Positions 1 through 8,832 of a stretch of 64,000 nt of DNA are shown here, in pieces. The notes below the pieces were generated by a model. It had not been told where the DNA came from. It did not search any database and saw only the letters and a program-made list of their open reading frames with translations. Within the stretch, counting starts at the first letter, position 1. Every line of letters begins with the position of its first letter. The DNA is taken from contig CBDFGR010000003.1 of assembly GCA_965247115.1 (NCBI GenBank), positions 1,824,001 to 1,888,000 on the forward strand. Reading direction: 5' to 3'. The position numbers and the translations under genes were made by a program. This stretch comes from Myxococcota bacterium (GTDB lineage: Bacteria > Myxococcota_A > UBA9160 > SZUA-336).

Positions 1-725
1 CGGACGACGCGGTGCGCGCCATCATTGTAACGGGTGCGGGTCGTGGCTTCTGTGCGGGCGCGGATCTGTCCAGGGGGCCGGGGACCTTCGACCGGAGCGC
101 GGGCGGTCGAGCTGGCTCCGAGGAGCTGCGGGACGGGGGAGGGCTGCTGACGCTGCGGCTCTACGAGTGCCAGAAGCCGCTGATCGCCGCGATCAACGGG
201 CCCGCGGTCGGCGTGGGCATCACCATGACCCTGGCCATGGACATCCGCCTGGCGTCGGAGACGGCGAGGATCGGCTTCGTCTTTGCTCGGCGGGGACTCG
301 TTCCGGAGGCCTGCTCGAGCTGGTTCCTGCCGCGTGTGGTCGGCATGAGCCGCGCGCTGGAGTGGGTCTACTCCGGACGTGTGTTCCCGGCGAGCGAGGC
401 GGTGGAAGCGGGCCTGGTGCGGAGTCTGCACGCTCCCGACGAGCTACTGCCCGCGGCCCGCGAAATCGCGCGTGAGATCGCAGACAACACCTCTGCGGTG
501 TCGGTCGCCCTTACGCGTCAGATGCTCTGGAAGATGCTCGGTGCGGACCATCCGATGGAGGCGCACAAGATCGACTCCCGGGCCATCGATGCCTGCGGCG
601 CGGGCAGTGACGCGCGCGAGGGAGTGGCGTCGTTCCTCGAGAGGCGGCCGGCTAGCTTCACGCTCAGCCCGAGCAAGGACATGCCGGACTTCTTCCCCTG
701 GTGGAAGGAGCGCGAGTTCTCCTGA
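1..725 (+). CDS. Enoyl-CoA hydratase/isomerase (crotonase) family protein, 5'-truncated by window edge
   Basis: TGAGRGFCAGADL, KPLIAAINGPAVGVG and C-terminal EGVASFLERR crotonase motifs; frame open to window start. Confidence 0.93.
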   Translation, partial: DDAVRAIIVTGAGRGFCAGADLSRGPGTFDRSAGGRAGSEELRDGGGLLTLRLYECQKPLIAAINGPAVGVGITMTLAMDIRLASETARIGFVFARRGLVPEACSSWFLPRVVGMSRALEWVYSGRVFPASEAVEAGLVRSLHAPDELLPAAREIAREIADNTSAVSVALTRQMLWKMLGADHPMEAHKIDSRAIDACGAGSDAREGVASFLERRPASFTLSPSKDMPDFFPWWKEREFS

Positions 726-735
726 GCTGCGTCGA

Positions 736-1344
736 TCAGGCCTTGGCGCTGGGACGGCTCGAGACGGCCTCGTGCCAGCGCGTGAGGTTCTTCAGCTCTG
801 GCGGGATTCGGTACTGGATCACGCGGCCGAAGTCGACCCCGATCAGCGCCGTGATGTCGGCGATGGAGTAGCGCTCGCCGGCTACGAACTCGCGCTCTCC
901 CAGCACCCCATCGAGCCACTCGAGCCGGGACACGGCCGCCTCCCTGCAGACCTTGCCGTACTCGGGCACCTGCGGGATCCGACCCTTGAAGAAGTCGCTC
1001 GTGTTGCGAAAGCAGCCGGCCACGTTGGACAGGACCTCGAGTTCCATGCGGCGCTGCCACATCTCGACCCTGGCAGTGTCCTCGGTGCCCACGCCCATGA
1101 GCGGTGGCTCCGGATTGGTCCCCTCGAAGTAGCGGCAGATGGCGACGCTCTCGGCGATGTAGCTGCCGTCGTCGAGTTCGAGGACGGGCACCCTTCCCAG
1201 CGGGTTCTTCGCGAGGAACTCCGGCTCGTGATGCTCTTGCTTGCCCAGGTCGATCTGCTGGGTTGGTACCTCGATTCCCTTCTCGGCCAGGAAAACACGC
1301 ACGCGGCGCGGATTCGGAGCCATGGTGGTGTCGTAGAGCTTCAT
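736..1344 (-). CDS. Glutathione S-transferase family protein
   Basis: MKLYD..APNPRRVRVFLAEKG, NPLGRVPVL, ESVAICRY, YSIADIT; GAGGAGGA RBS upstream of ATG 1344. Confidence 0.93.
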   Translation of the reverse strand: MKLYDTTMAPNPRRVRVFLAEKGIEVPTQQIDLGKQEHHEPEFLAKNPLGRVPVLELDDGSYIAESVAICRYFEGTNPEPPLMGVGTEDTARVEMWQRRMELEVLSNVAGCFRNTSDFFKGRIPQVPEYGKVCREAAVSRLEWLDGVLGEREFVAGERYSIADITALIGVDFGRVIQYRIPPELKNLTRWHEAVSSRPSAKA

Positions 1345-1419
1345 CTGCGCTCCTCCTCGTCGGCGCCAGCGGCAGGCGCGTGGGGAGGGCATTCTACACG
1401 GCGCGGGACGAAAGCTACC

Positions 1420-1944
1420 ATGCCCCCAGTGCAAGAGATTCGGGTCGAAAAGGAGCTCGCTGTGGCGCCGGAGGTCGCCTGGGAGCGCTTCACCGATCAC
1501 CTTGGCTGGGCGGAGTGGACGGGTGCCAGGGAGGTGGTCCTGCGGCAGGAAGGAGACCCGGCGCCCAACGGGCTCGGGGCGATCCGGGTGCTGCACGCGC
1601 ACGGTCTGGCGGTCGAGGAAGAGGTCATCGCCTTCGAGCCTCCGAGACGCTTGCGGTATCGGGTGGTCGCCGGACTCCCGATCCGCGACCACACCGGCGA
1701 GGTCGAGTTCGAGCCGAGCGGCGCAGCAACGCGCCTGACCTGGACCATCCGCTTTCGCCCCCTCGTTCCAGGCACAGGCCGCCTCGCAAGGTGGGCGCTC
1801 CAGAAAGCCCTCCAGAACACCCTACAGCGCCTCTCCGAAGACCTCGCCCCCCCAGACCCCCGAGACAACAGCCCCACCCCCAACCCCCAAAGAACCGCAC
1901 GTAGAACTCAAGGACCGTTCCTACGTTCTGATCCGCCCCAGTGA
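1420..1944 (+). CDS. SRPBCC/polyketide cyclase-dehydrase family protein
   Basis: APEVAW..FTDH..WAEW, GLGAIRVL, EEEVIAFEPPRRLRY; C-terminal tail runs into low-complexity/repeat DNA. Confidence 0.82.
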   Translation: MPPVQEIRVEKELAVAPEVAWERFTDHLGWAEWTGAREVVLRQEGDPAPNGLGAIRVLHAHGLAVEEEVIAFEPPRRLRYRVVAGLPIRDHTGEVEFEPSGAATRLTWTIRFRPLVPGTGRLARWALQKALQNTLQRLSEDLAPPDPRDNSPTPNPQRTARRTQGPFLRSDPPQ

Positions 1945-2136
1945 CCAGAAGTTCCGACTTCGGCCAAACAAGTTCGGATTAGGGACCGTCCCCAAGTTCG
2001 GATTCCGTGGAGAACCGGCAACCTCGTACGGGGCTTAGCAACCTTGCAAGCGCCGCGGAGCGCGGCGCGCGCAGCGAAGGCCGCAGGCCTGAGCGGAGGT
2101 GGGTGGGCCGCGGCCGCCCGCGGCCCGGGTCCCACA
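1945..2136 (+). repeat. Modular REP-like element, full copy
   Basis: AAGTTCGGATT/GGACCGTCCCC module plus GCAAGCGCCGC..GCGCGCAGCGAAGG..GGTGGGTGG..CCGGGTCCCACA module; near-identical to 59031-59223. Confidence 0.88.
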
Positions 2137-2139
2137 GGG

Positions 2140-2206
2140 AAAGAAAAGGGGCGGAAGCACCAACAGCGGATCCCCCCCAAGTCCCGGCATGTCAGCGCTC
2201 CCGCCC
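2140..2206 (-). terminator. Candidate intrinsic terminator (17-bp stem, 24-nt G-rich loop, U-tract)
   Basis: Minus strand GGGCGGGAGCGCTGACA pairs fully (WC+GU) with TGTTGGTGCTTCCGCCC, followed by CTTTTCTTT. Confidence 0.6.
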
Positions 2207-2384
2207 TCCCCCTACATCCCTGGGGAACAGGAGTCACCGCCTTGTATCGACAGCTGCTAGCAAGTCTTGAGCAACTTCTGCGCAGGGAACGTGCAAAATG
2301 GGCTGACTCGATCGGTCCGTGGGCGACGTGGTCGGACATCAGGGGACAGGACCGCCAGGGGCTCCGCACCGGGCCGCGATCCGC

Positions 2385-2798
2385 TCACGGACGCGGCGCG
2401 AACTCCTTCAGGATCTCGAGCGGGATTCGGCGCGGTTTCTGGGTCTCTTTGTCGGTAAAGGCCCACTGGGTCGTGCTCGTGACGTACTCGAGACCATCGG
2501 CTGGTCGGGTGAACCGGCATCTGCGTACGCTTCGGGCGCCGCGCAGCGAGTCGACCCAGGTCTCTTCCACGATCTCCTCGCCGCGCAGGGCGGAGCGGAG
2601 GTAGTCGATCTCGTGGCGGCGCACGATCCACTGGCCGCCGAGCGCACGCACGGTTTTCCAATCGAGGCCGCGCGCGCTGGAGTGCGCGTCGGCGAGCTCG
2701 ACGATGAACCTGACCCAGACCGTGTTGTTTACGTGGCCGAGACCGTCCACGTCTTCGGCAGCGACGACTCTCCTGCGCCGATATACGTCCTTGCTCAT
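2385..2798 (-). CDS. Acyl-CoA thioesterase (4HBT/YbgC hot-dog family)
   Basis: DVDGLGHVNN motif, WIVRRHEIDY. Confidence 0.9.
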   Translation of the reverse strand: MSKDVYRRRRVVAAEDVDGLGHVNNTVWVRFIVELADAHSSARGLDWKTVRALGGQWIVRRHEIDYLRSALRGEEIVEETWVDSLRGARSVRRCRFTRPADGLEYVTSTTQWAFTDKETQKPRRIPLEILKEFAPRP

Positions 2799-3673
2799 GC
2801 GTCTTCAGCGGCGTCTTCCGCGGCGACCTGCTCCACGTACTCCCGGTAGGGGGAGACGGGCATCGCCTCGGTGGCCTGCAGCAAGGCCGGCCGGTCGATG
2901 AACCCCTGCCGGTAGGCGACCTCTTCCAGGCAGGCGATCTTCAAGCCCTGCCGTCGCTCGATGGCCGCGATGAACTCTGCGGCCTCCAGCAGGCTCTCGT
3001 GCGTACCCGTATCGAGCCACGCAATCCCTCGCCCGAGTCGGACGGCGCGCAGCTTCCCCAGCTCGAGATACGCGCGGTTCAGGTCCGTGATCTCGAGCTC
3101 TCCCCGCGCCGAGGGCTTGAGCGACCGTGCGTGCTCGACGACGTTTCCGTCGTAGAGGTAGATGCCCGGCACGGCGAGGTTCGACCTCGGAACGGTCGGC
3201 TTCTCCTCCAGGTGTGCGACCCCGCCGTCCGCGTCGATCACGACCACGCCGTAGCGCTCGGCATCGCGCACCGGGTAGCCGAAGATCAGAGCGCCGTCGC
3301 GAAACTCGCGCACGATCTGGTCCAGGTTCATGCGCCCGTAGAACAGGTTGTCGCCGAGGATCAGCGCGACGGGCTCCCCGTCGATGAACTCCTCGGCAAC
3401 GAGGAAGGCCTGGGCGATGCCCTTCGGTTGCGCCTGCGCCGCGTACGAGAGCTCGATCCCCCACGTCGAGCCGTCGCCGAGCAGGGTCTCGAAGCGCGGC
3501 AGGTCCTGTGGAGTGGAGATGATGAGGATGTCGCGGATGCCGGCCAGCATCAGCGTGGCTAGCGGATAGAAGATCATCGGCTTGTCGTACACGGTCTGGA
3601 GCTGCTTGCTCATGACGCGGCTCATGGGATACAGCCGCGTGCCGAGACCGCCTGCGAGCACGATTCCCTTCAC
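2795..3673 (-). CDS. rfbA: Glucose-1-phosphate thymidylyltransferase
   Basis: [40 protein letters not shown]. Confidence 0.96.
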   Translation of the reverse strand: MKGIVLAGGLGTRLYPMSRVMSKQLQTVYDKPMIFYPLATLMLAGIRDILIISTPQDLPRFETLLGDGSTWGIELSYAAQAQPKGIAQAFLVAEEFIDGEPVALILGDNLFYGRMNLDQIVREFRDGALIFGYPVRDAERYGVVVIDADGGVAHLEEKPTVPRSNLAVPGIYLYDGNVVEHARSLKPSARGELEITDLNRAYLELGKLRAVRLGRGIAWLDTGTHESLLEAAEFIAAIERRQGLKIACLEEVAYRQGFIDRPALLQATEAMPVSPYREYVEQVAAEDAAEDA

Positions 3674-3769
3674 GCTCGAATCGATATCCTTTCCGCCCCT
3701 TTTACGCCATCGGAGCTAGAGAGGCCCACACGTTCGCAAGACGGGACCGCCAGAGCCCGCGCCGAGACT

Positions 3770-3920
3770 GCAAGCGCCCCGCCAAAGCGCCCCGCAAGCG
3801 CACCCGCAAGCGCCGCGAATGCGGCGCGCGCAGCGAGCCGAAGGCGAGCGAAGAGTGGGTGGCCGCGGACGCCCGCGGCCGGGTCCCACAAGACCCACAA
3901 GACCCACAAGACCCACAAGA
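3770..3920 (+). repeat. REP-like element with iterated termini (GCAAGCGCC-like x4; CCCACAAGA x4)
   Basis: Core matches the other REP copies; exact 9-bp tandem 3885-3920. Confidence 0.85.
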
Positions 3921-3984
3921 CTACTTGCCCGGGCGGGGCGGGTGTTGTACAGAGGGATGCGCAGCGGAGGGAGTGGAGCATAGG

Positions 3985-4152
3985 ATGGCCAAGGGCGCGC
4001 GCGAGAAGATCAAACTGGAAAGCTCGGCGGGGACCGGCTTCTTCTACACCACGACGAAGAATCGCCAGAAGACCCCGGACAAGATCGAGCTCAAAAAGTA
4101 CGATCCCGTGGTCCGCAAGCACGTCCTGTTCAAGGAAGCAAAGCTCAAGTAA
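3985..4152 (+). CDS. rpmG: 50S ribosomal protein L33 (Cys-free form)
   Basis: [45 protein letters not shown]. Confidence 0.98.
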   Translation: MAKGAREKIKLESSAGTGFFYTTTKNRQKTPDKIELKKYDPVVRKHVLFKEAKLK

Positions 4153-4189
4153 TCGCGGCCCCCCGGAAGCTCAGTTGCCGAGCTCTGCT

Positions 4190-4358
4190 CGCGCTACCCC
4201 GATCGGAACTCTGCGAAGGTTGCCTCGGGAGATCGAGGATCGCCTCGGTTGACCGAAGACAGACCCCGTTGTAACGTCGGCCCGCTCGGCGGAGAAGCGC
4301 ATCGAAAGGCCGTTCTGTCGTCGAGCTCCACTGGTGCACTCCCGATCGGGGGGTGGGA
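4190..4358 (-). ncRNA. Candidate structured ncRNA (6S-like rod)
   Basis: Nested complementary arms spanning ~165 nt (see findings); identity unverified. Confidence 0.35.
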
Positions 4359-4407
4359 GACGATCCGTACCTCCCGCCGTTCCCGTAACGAAAGGACAGG
4401 GACGGTC

Positions 4408-5370
4408 TTGTCTCCCCTCGACGAGCGCCTGAAGACTCGAGCGCAACGCGCTGGTCTGACTCTGGGAGCTCTGACTCTGCTCGCCTACCTCCTGATCGTG
4501 CTCGGCGCGGTCGTGCGGGCAAAGGGCGCCGGGCTGGCATGTCCAGACTGGCCGCTCTGCTTCGGCCAGGCGATTCCCCCGTTCGACACCAGAATCGCGC
4601 TCGAGTGGGCTCACCGGGTGCTGGCGGGCCTCGTCTCCCTGGGGCTCGTGGGCACAAGCGTGTTCGTGCTGCGAACGCCCGAACTGCGGCGCGTGTCGGC
4701 CCGGTCCTTTGTCCTCGCGTTGCTCTTGCTCACCACTCAGGTGCTGCTCGGGGGGCTCACGGTTCTGCTGGGCCTGGCGCCGTGGACTGTGACCGCGCAC
4801 CTGCTCGTCGGAAATGCACTGTGTGGAACCATGCTCTGGACGTCCCGGGATCTGATCGAGGCGGGGCGCACCCGTCCTGCCGCGTCCAGCCCCCTCTCCA
4901 CCGCCGGCGCCTCGCTGCTCGCGCTCTTCAGCCTGCTCCTGGTCGTGCAGATGCTGCTGGGAGGGATGGTCTCGAGCCATCTCGCGGGCCTGGCGTGCTC
5001 GACTTTCCCTACCTGCAACGGCGACTCGATCGCGCCCACCTTCTCGGGTCTGGTCGGGATCCACGTCATCCACCGGCTGAACGGGTGCGCACTGGCCCTC
5101 TGCTGTGCCGCTCTCGTGTGGCTCGTCCGGGGCAGCGGTCGGACCCGGGCGCTCGCGGCTCTCTGCCTCCACCTCGTCGTACTGCAGATCGTGGTGGGAG
5201 CCGTCAACGTGCTCGGTGCGCTTCCCGTGGAGATCACCGCGCTCCATTCGGCACTTGCCGCGGCGCTCGTGCTCGCGACGCTGCTCTTGACTCGAGAAGC
5301 CCTGCTCGCCCAGAGAGCCGCCGCGCCCTCGGAGAGGACGCTCGGACGCGTGCTGGAGTCCACGGGATGA
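4408..5370 (+). CDS. ctaA: Heme A synthase (COX15/CtaA, type 1 with Cys pairs)
   Basis: GAGLACPDWPLC, EWAHR, TAHL, HVIHR, ALHS; TTG start after AAAGGACAGG. Confidence 0.9.
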   Translation: MSPLDERLKTRAQRAGLTLGALTLLAYLLIVLGAVVRAKGAGLACPDWPLCFGQAIPPFDTRIALEWAHRVLAGLVSLGLVGTSVFVLRTPELRRVSARSFVLALLLLTTQVLLGGLTVLLGLAPWTVTAHLLVGNALCGTMLWTSRDLIEAGRTRPAASSPLSTAGASLLALFSLLLVVQMLLGGMVSSHLAGLACSTFPTCNGDSIAPTFSGLVGIHVIHRLNGCALALCCAALVWLVRGSGRTRALAALCLHLVVLQIVVGAVNVLGALPVEITALHSALAAALVLATLLLTREALLAQRAAAPSERTLGRVLESTG

Positions 5371-6236
5371 GCGCCCTCGCGAGCTACGCCGCGCTCACCA
5401 AGCCACGGCTCCTGCCGCTCGTTCTGTTCAGCGGAACTCCCGCGCTCGTCATGGCGGCCGGCGGCTGGCCCTCGCTCTCGCTCGCCGTTGCGACGCTGCT
5501 CGGAACCGCGCTGGCCGCCGGATCCGCGGCCGCACTGAACAGCTACATGGAGCGCGACCTGGACGCGCGTATGGAGCGCACGCGCGGGCGGCCCCTTCCC
5601 GCTGGCGAGCTCAGCGCCAGGAACGCACTGCTCTTTGGCCTGGTGCTTGGCGTGCTTGGGACGGGTACGCTCCTTGCTGCCGTTGGCGCGGTGCCGGCGT
5701 TGGTCGCGCTGGCGGCGATCCTGTTCTACGTGTTCGTGTACACGCTCTGGCTCAAGCCCCGCACGCCGCTGGCGGTCGTGATCGGGGGTGCGTCGGGGGC
5801 CGTCTCGCCGCTGATCGCCGACGCTGCCATCGGCGGTGGCATCGGCATTGCCGGGTGGCTGCTGTTCGCGATCATTTTCATGTGGCAGCCTCCGCACTTC
5901 TACGCGATCGCTCTCTCCAGGAAGAGCGACTACGCGAACGCCGGGCTGCCGATGCTCCACGACCGGATTGGTGACGCCGCGACAACGCGCAGAATCGTCG
6001 CGTGGATCGTGGCACTGCTTCCTGTGACACTTCTTCCTGTAGCCCTCAACCTGCTGGGTCCGCTCTATGGCGCCGTTGCGCTCGGGCTTGGCGGGTGGTT
6101 TCTCTACCAGGGCGTCCAGCTGCTGCGCAGAAGAAGTGTGGAGTCGGCGAGGAGATTGTTCCGGGTCTCGCTCGTCTATCTGCTCGGAATTTTCGGTGCC
6201 ATGATCTGCGATCTGGCGTTGAGAGGGCTACTCTGA
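5367..6236 (+). CDS. ctaB: Protoheme IX farnesyltransferase (heme O synthase)
   Basis: LTKPR, LNSYMERDLDARMERTRGRPLP, WQPPHF, DYANAGLPML. Confidence 0.96.
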   Translation: MSALASYAALTKPRLLPLVLFSGTPALVMAAGGWPSLSLAVATLLGTALAAGSAAALNSYMERDLDARMERTRGRPLPAGELSARNALLFGLVLGVLGTGTLLAAVGAVPALVALAAILFYVFVYTLWLKPRTPLAVVIGGASGAVSPLIADAAIGGGIGIAGWLLFAIIFMWQPPHFYAIALSRKSDYANAGLPMLHDRIGDAATTRRIVAWIVALLPVTLLPVALNLLGPLYGAVALGLGGWFLYQGVQLLRRRSVESARRLFRVSLVYLLGIFGAMICDLALRGLL

Positions 6237-6691
6237 TGCGTGTACTCGTCGCTTCGCTCGTGCTCCTGCTGATCAGCACCGGGTGCGGAGATCAGGCTCC
6301 GCCTCCCGCAGCCGAGCCGCAGATGCAAGAGCCCGCTCCACCGCCACGACCTGCGCCTGCGCCCGAGCCGGCGGTTTCGCCACCAGCTGCGGAAGGCCTG
6401 CGCGGCGACGCTCTGGCCGGGGGGAACACGTACAATCTGTACTGTGCGACCTGTCACGGGCGGAGCGGTAAGGGCGACGGGCCCGCGGGAATGGCGCTCG
6501 ATCCCAAGCCCCGGGATCACACCGATGCGGCGTACATGGCCGGAGTGAGTGATGAGTACCTCTACAACGTGATCAAGATGGGCGGTACGTCCGTTGGCAA
6601 GTCTCCGCTCATGGCTCCGTGGGGCGGGGTCGTCAACGAGCAAGGCCTGCGCGATCTCGTCGCCTACGTGCGGTCACTCTCGGGAACGTAG
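6236..6691 (+). CDS. Monoheme cytochrome c lipoprotein with Pro-rich linker
   Basis: Lipobox-like LLISTGC, CATCH, GKGDGP..PKPRD, distal Met in SPLMAPW. Confidence 0.9.
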   Translation: MRVLVASLVLLLISTGCGDQAPPPAAEPQMQEPAPPPRPAPAPEPAVSPPAAEGLRGDALAGGNTYNLYCATCHGRSGKGDGPAGMALDPKPRDHTDAAYMAGVSDEYLYNVIKMGGTSVGKSPLMAPWGGVVNEQGLRDLVAYVRSLSGT

Positions 6692-6701
6692 TCCGGGCAC
6701 G

Positions 6702-7577
6702 ATGCCCGGTGAGCTGCTCGGCGTTCTGGCGCCAACCTTCGTATGTGCCGCTCTCGGCTGGGGCTGGGGGCGTTGGGGCCCCGGCTACGACACTGTTCTG
6801 ATCACGGCGCTGATCAGCAATATCGGCGCTCCCTGCCTCGTCTTCTCGGAGCTGACCGCTCTCGACGTCGAGCCGGCGGCGCTGCTCCAGATGGCGGTCG
6901 GCGCGGGGCTGGCTCTTCTGAGCTTTGCTACAGCCGGGGCCATCATTCTGCGCGTCTGGGGCTTGCCGGCGCACACCTACCTCGCGCCACTGATGTTTGG
7001 AAATGCCGGGAACCTGGGGATGTCCCTCTGCCTGTTCGCGTTCGGAAGGGAGGGGCTGACCCTCGGCGTCTGCTTCTTCGCGGTCATGGCGACGGCGCAT
7101 TTCACCATCGGGATCCTGATCTGGTCCGGCCGTCTCTCGCTAGGCGAGCTACTGCGCAACCCGCTCTTCGGTGCGGCGCTGCTCGCCATCCTGGTGCTGG
7201 CGAGCGAGCTGCGCGTGCCGCTCTGGCTTCGAAACACCACCGAGCTGCTCGGCGGGCTGACGATCCCGCTCATGCTGCTCACGCTGGGCGTGTCGATCGG
7301 CGAGCTCAGGGTGGCGCGACTGCCCCGGACGATCGTGCTGTCGCTTCTGCGCCTGGGCATGGGTGCCCTGGTGGGCTTTGGTCTGGCCGAGGTACTCGGC
7401 TTCGAGGGAACCAGCAGGGGCGTGCTAATTCTCCAGTGCTCCATGCCTGCTGCGGTCTTCAACTACCTATTCGCGCAGCGCTACGGCCGCTCCCCCGAAC
7501 AGATCGCGAGCATCGTGGTGGTCTCGACGCTGCTCGCCTTCCTGCTCTCCCCCTTGCTGCTGGCCAGTCTGCTCTAG
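6702..7577 (+). CDS. AEC family transporter
   Basis: PCLVFS, FGNAGNLG, IPLMLLTLG, MPAAVFNY; multi-TM. Confidence 0.9.
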   Translation: MPGELLGVLAPTFVCAALGWGWGRWGPGYDTVLITALISNIGAPCLVFSELTALDVEPAALLQMAVGAGLALLSFATAGAIILRVWGLPAHTYLAPLMFGNAGNLGMSLCLFAFGREGLTLGVCFFAVMATAHFTIGILIWSGRLSLGELLRNPLFGAALLAILVLASELRVPLWLRNTTELLGGLTIPLMLLTLGVSIGELRVARLPRTIVLSLLRLGMGALVGFGLAEVLGFEGTSRGVLILQCSMPAAVFNYLFAQRYGRSPEQIASIVVVSTLLAFLLSPLLLASLL

Positions 7578-7626
7578 CGGCAGTCTCTGCGGCTCCTGCC
7601 GCGCGGTTTGGAGCCCTGGCCAGGGG

Positions 7627-8799
7627 TCAGGAGAGCTCGGCGGAGCTATAGCCGAGGATGTTGCGGGCGATGATCAAGCGCTGGATCTCGCCGGTGCCCT
7701 CGTAGATGTCGGTGATGCGGCAGTCGCGGAACCATTTCTCGAGCAGGTGCTCGCGCGAGATGCCGAAGCCGCCGAGGATCGCGAGGCAGCGTTGTGTCGC
7801 GGTGCGCGCCACCTCCCCGCCCTTGGCTTTCGCGATCGAGGCCTCGAGGTTGTTGGCCTGACCCTCGGAGGACAGCCACGAGGCGTGGACCACCTCCAGC
7901 ATCGCCGCCTCGATGTCGGCGTCGATCTCGATCAGCTCCTGCTGGATCGCGCTGCGGCTGTGCTTGCCTGCGCTCCAGTCGACCTCGATGCCCTCCAGGG
8001 CGAGGGCATCCCGCGTGAAGTCCAGGGCAGCGTGCGCGATCCCGAGACCGAGCGCCGCAACCGCAGGGCGGGTCATGTTGAAAGTCTTCATGACACCGCG
8101 AAAGCCGCCGGCTCCCTGCTTGGGAATTGTCTCATCCCCACCGAGCAAGTGGTCCCGCGGAATGCGCGTATCCCGGAACACCATCGCCGCCGTATCGTCG
8201 GCGCGGATGCCCAGCTTCTTCTCCTTGTGTGTCACCTCGAAGCCGGGCGTTCCCTTCATCACGACGAAGGACTTGATGCCCGCTCGCCCGGCGCTCTTGT
8301 CGATCGTCGCCCAGACGACCACGCCGTCGCAACGGCAGCCGGTGGTTACGAAGATCTTCTCTCCATTCAGGACCCACTCGTCGCCGTCGAGCGCGGCCGT
8401 CGTCTGCACGGCCTTCGAGTCCGAGCCGCAGCCTGGCTCGGTGATCGCCATGGCGAGCGAGACGCCACCCCAGCGTTGCTGCTGCTCGGGAGTACCAGAA
8501 GCGCGCAGCGCGGCGTTGCCGAGCCCGCCGCTTCCTCGCCGCATGCGCACGGTGTAGTCGCCCCAGGTCTGGCCCGCTACCACGAGCATGCTGAGCACGC
8601 CCATCGAGCTGTCGAGCTCGTCGCGCTGTGCCATCGCTGCGTAGGGGCTGGCGAAGTCGCTCGCCTCGGGCAGCTCGTCAGGGGCGAATTCGTCCTCGTG
8701 GTCGTCGTAGTAGCGAGCATACTCACGACACACGAGCGCCTGGCGCCGCACCTCGTCCAGGATCTGCCTGTCGTTCTCGCTGAGTGAGAAATCAATCAT
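7627..8799 (-). CDS. Acyl-CoA dehydrogenase (FadE23-like)
   Basis: AMAITEPGCGSD, LNGEKIFVT, KLGIRADDT, EKWFRD..ITDIYEGT. Confidence 0.93.
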   Translation of the reverse strand: MIDFSLSENDRQILDEVRRQALVCREYARYYDDHEDEFAPDELPEASDFASPYAAMAQRDELDSSMGVLSMLVVAGQTWGDYTVRMRRGSGGLGNAALRASGTPEQQQRWGGVSLAMAITEPGCGSDSKAVQTTAALDGDEWVLNGEKIFVTTGCRCDGVVVWATIDKSAGRAGIKSFVVMKGTPGFEVTHKEKKLGIRADDTAAMVFRDTRIPRDHLLGGDETIPKQGAGGFRGVMKTFNMTRPAVAALGLGIAHAALDFTRDALALEGIEVDWSAGKHSRSAIQQELIEIDADIEAAMLEVVHASWLSSEGQANNLEASIAKAKGGEVARTATQRCLAILGGFGISREHLLEKWFRDCRITDIYEGTGEIQRLIIARNILGYSSAELS

Positions 8800-8832
8800 C
8801 AGAATCTCCTCGGCGCCGAGAGCGCCCTCTCG

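Noticed and set aside
2795..3673. Orphan rfbA (also sucA without sucB, trkH without trkA) as a novel pathway
   Set aside because: Split operons are common; partners are probably elsewhere in the genome
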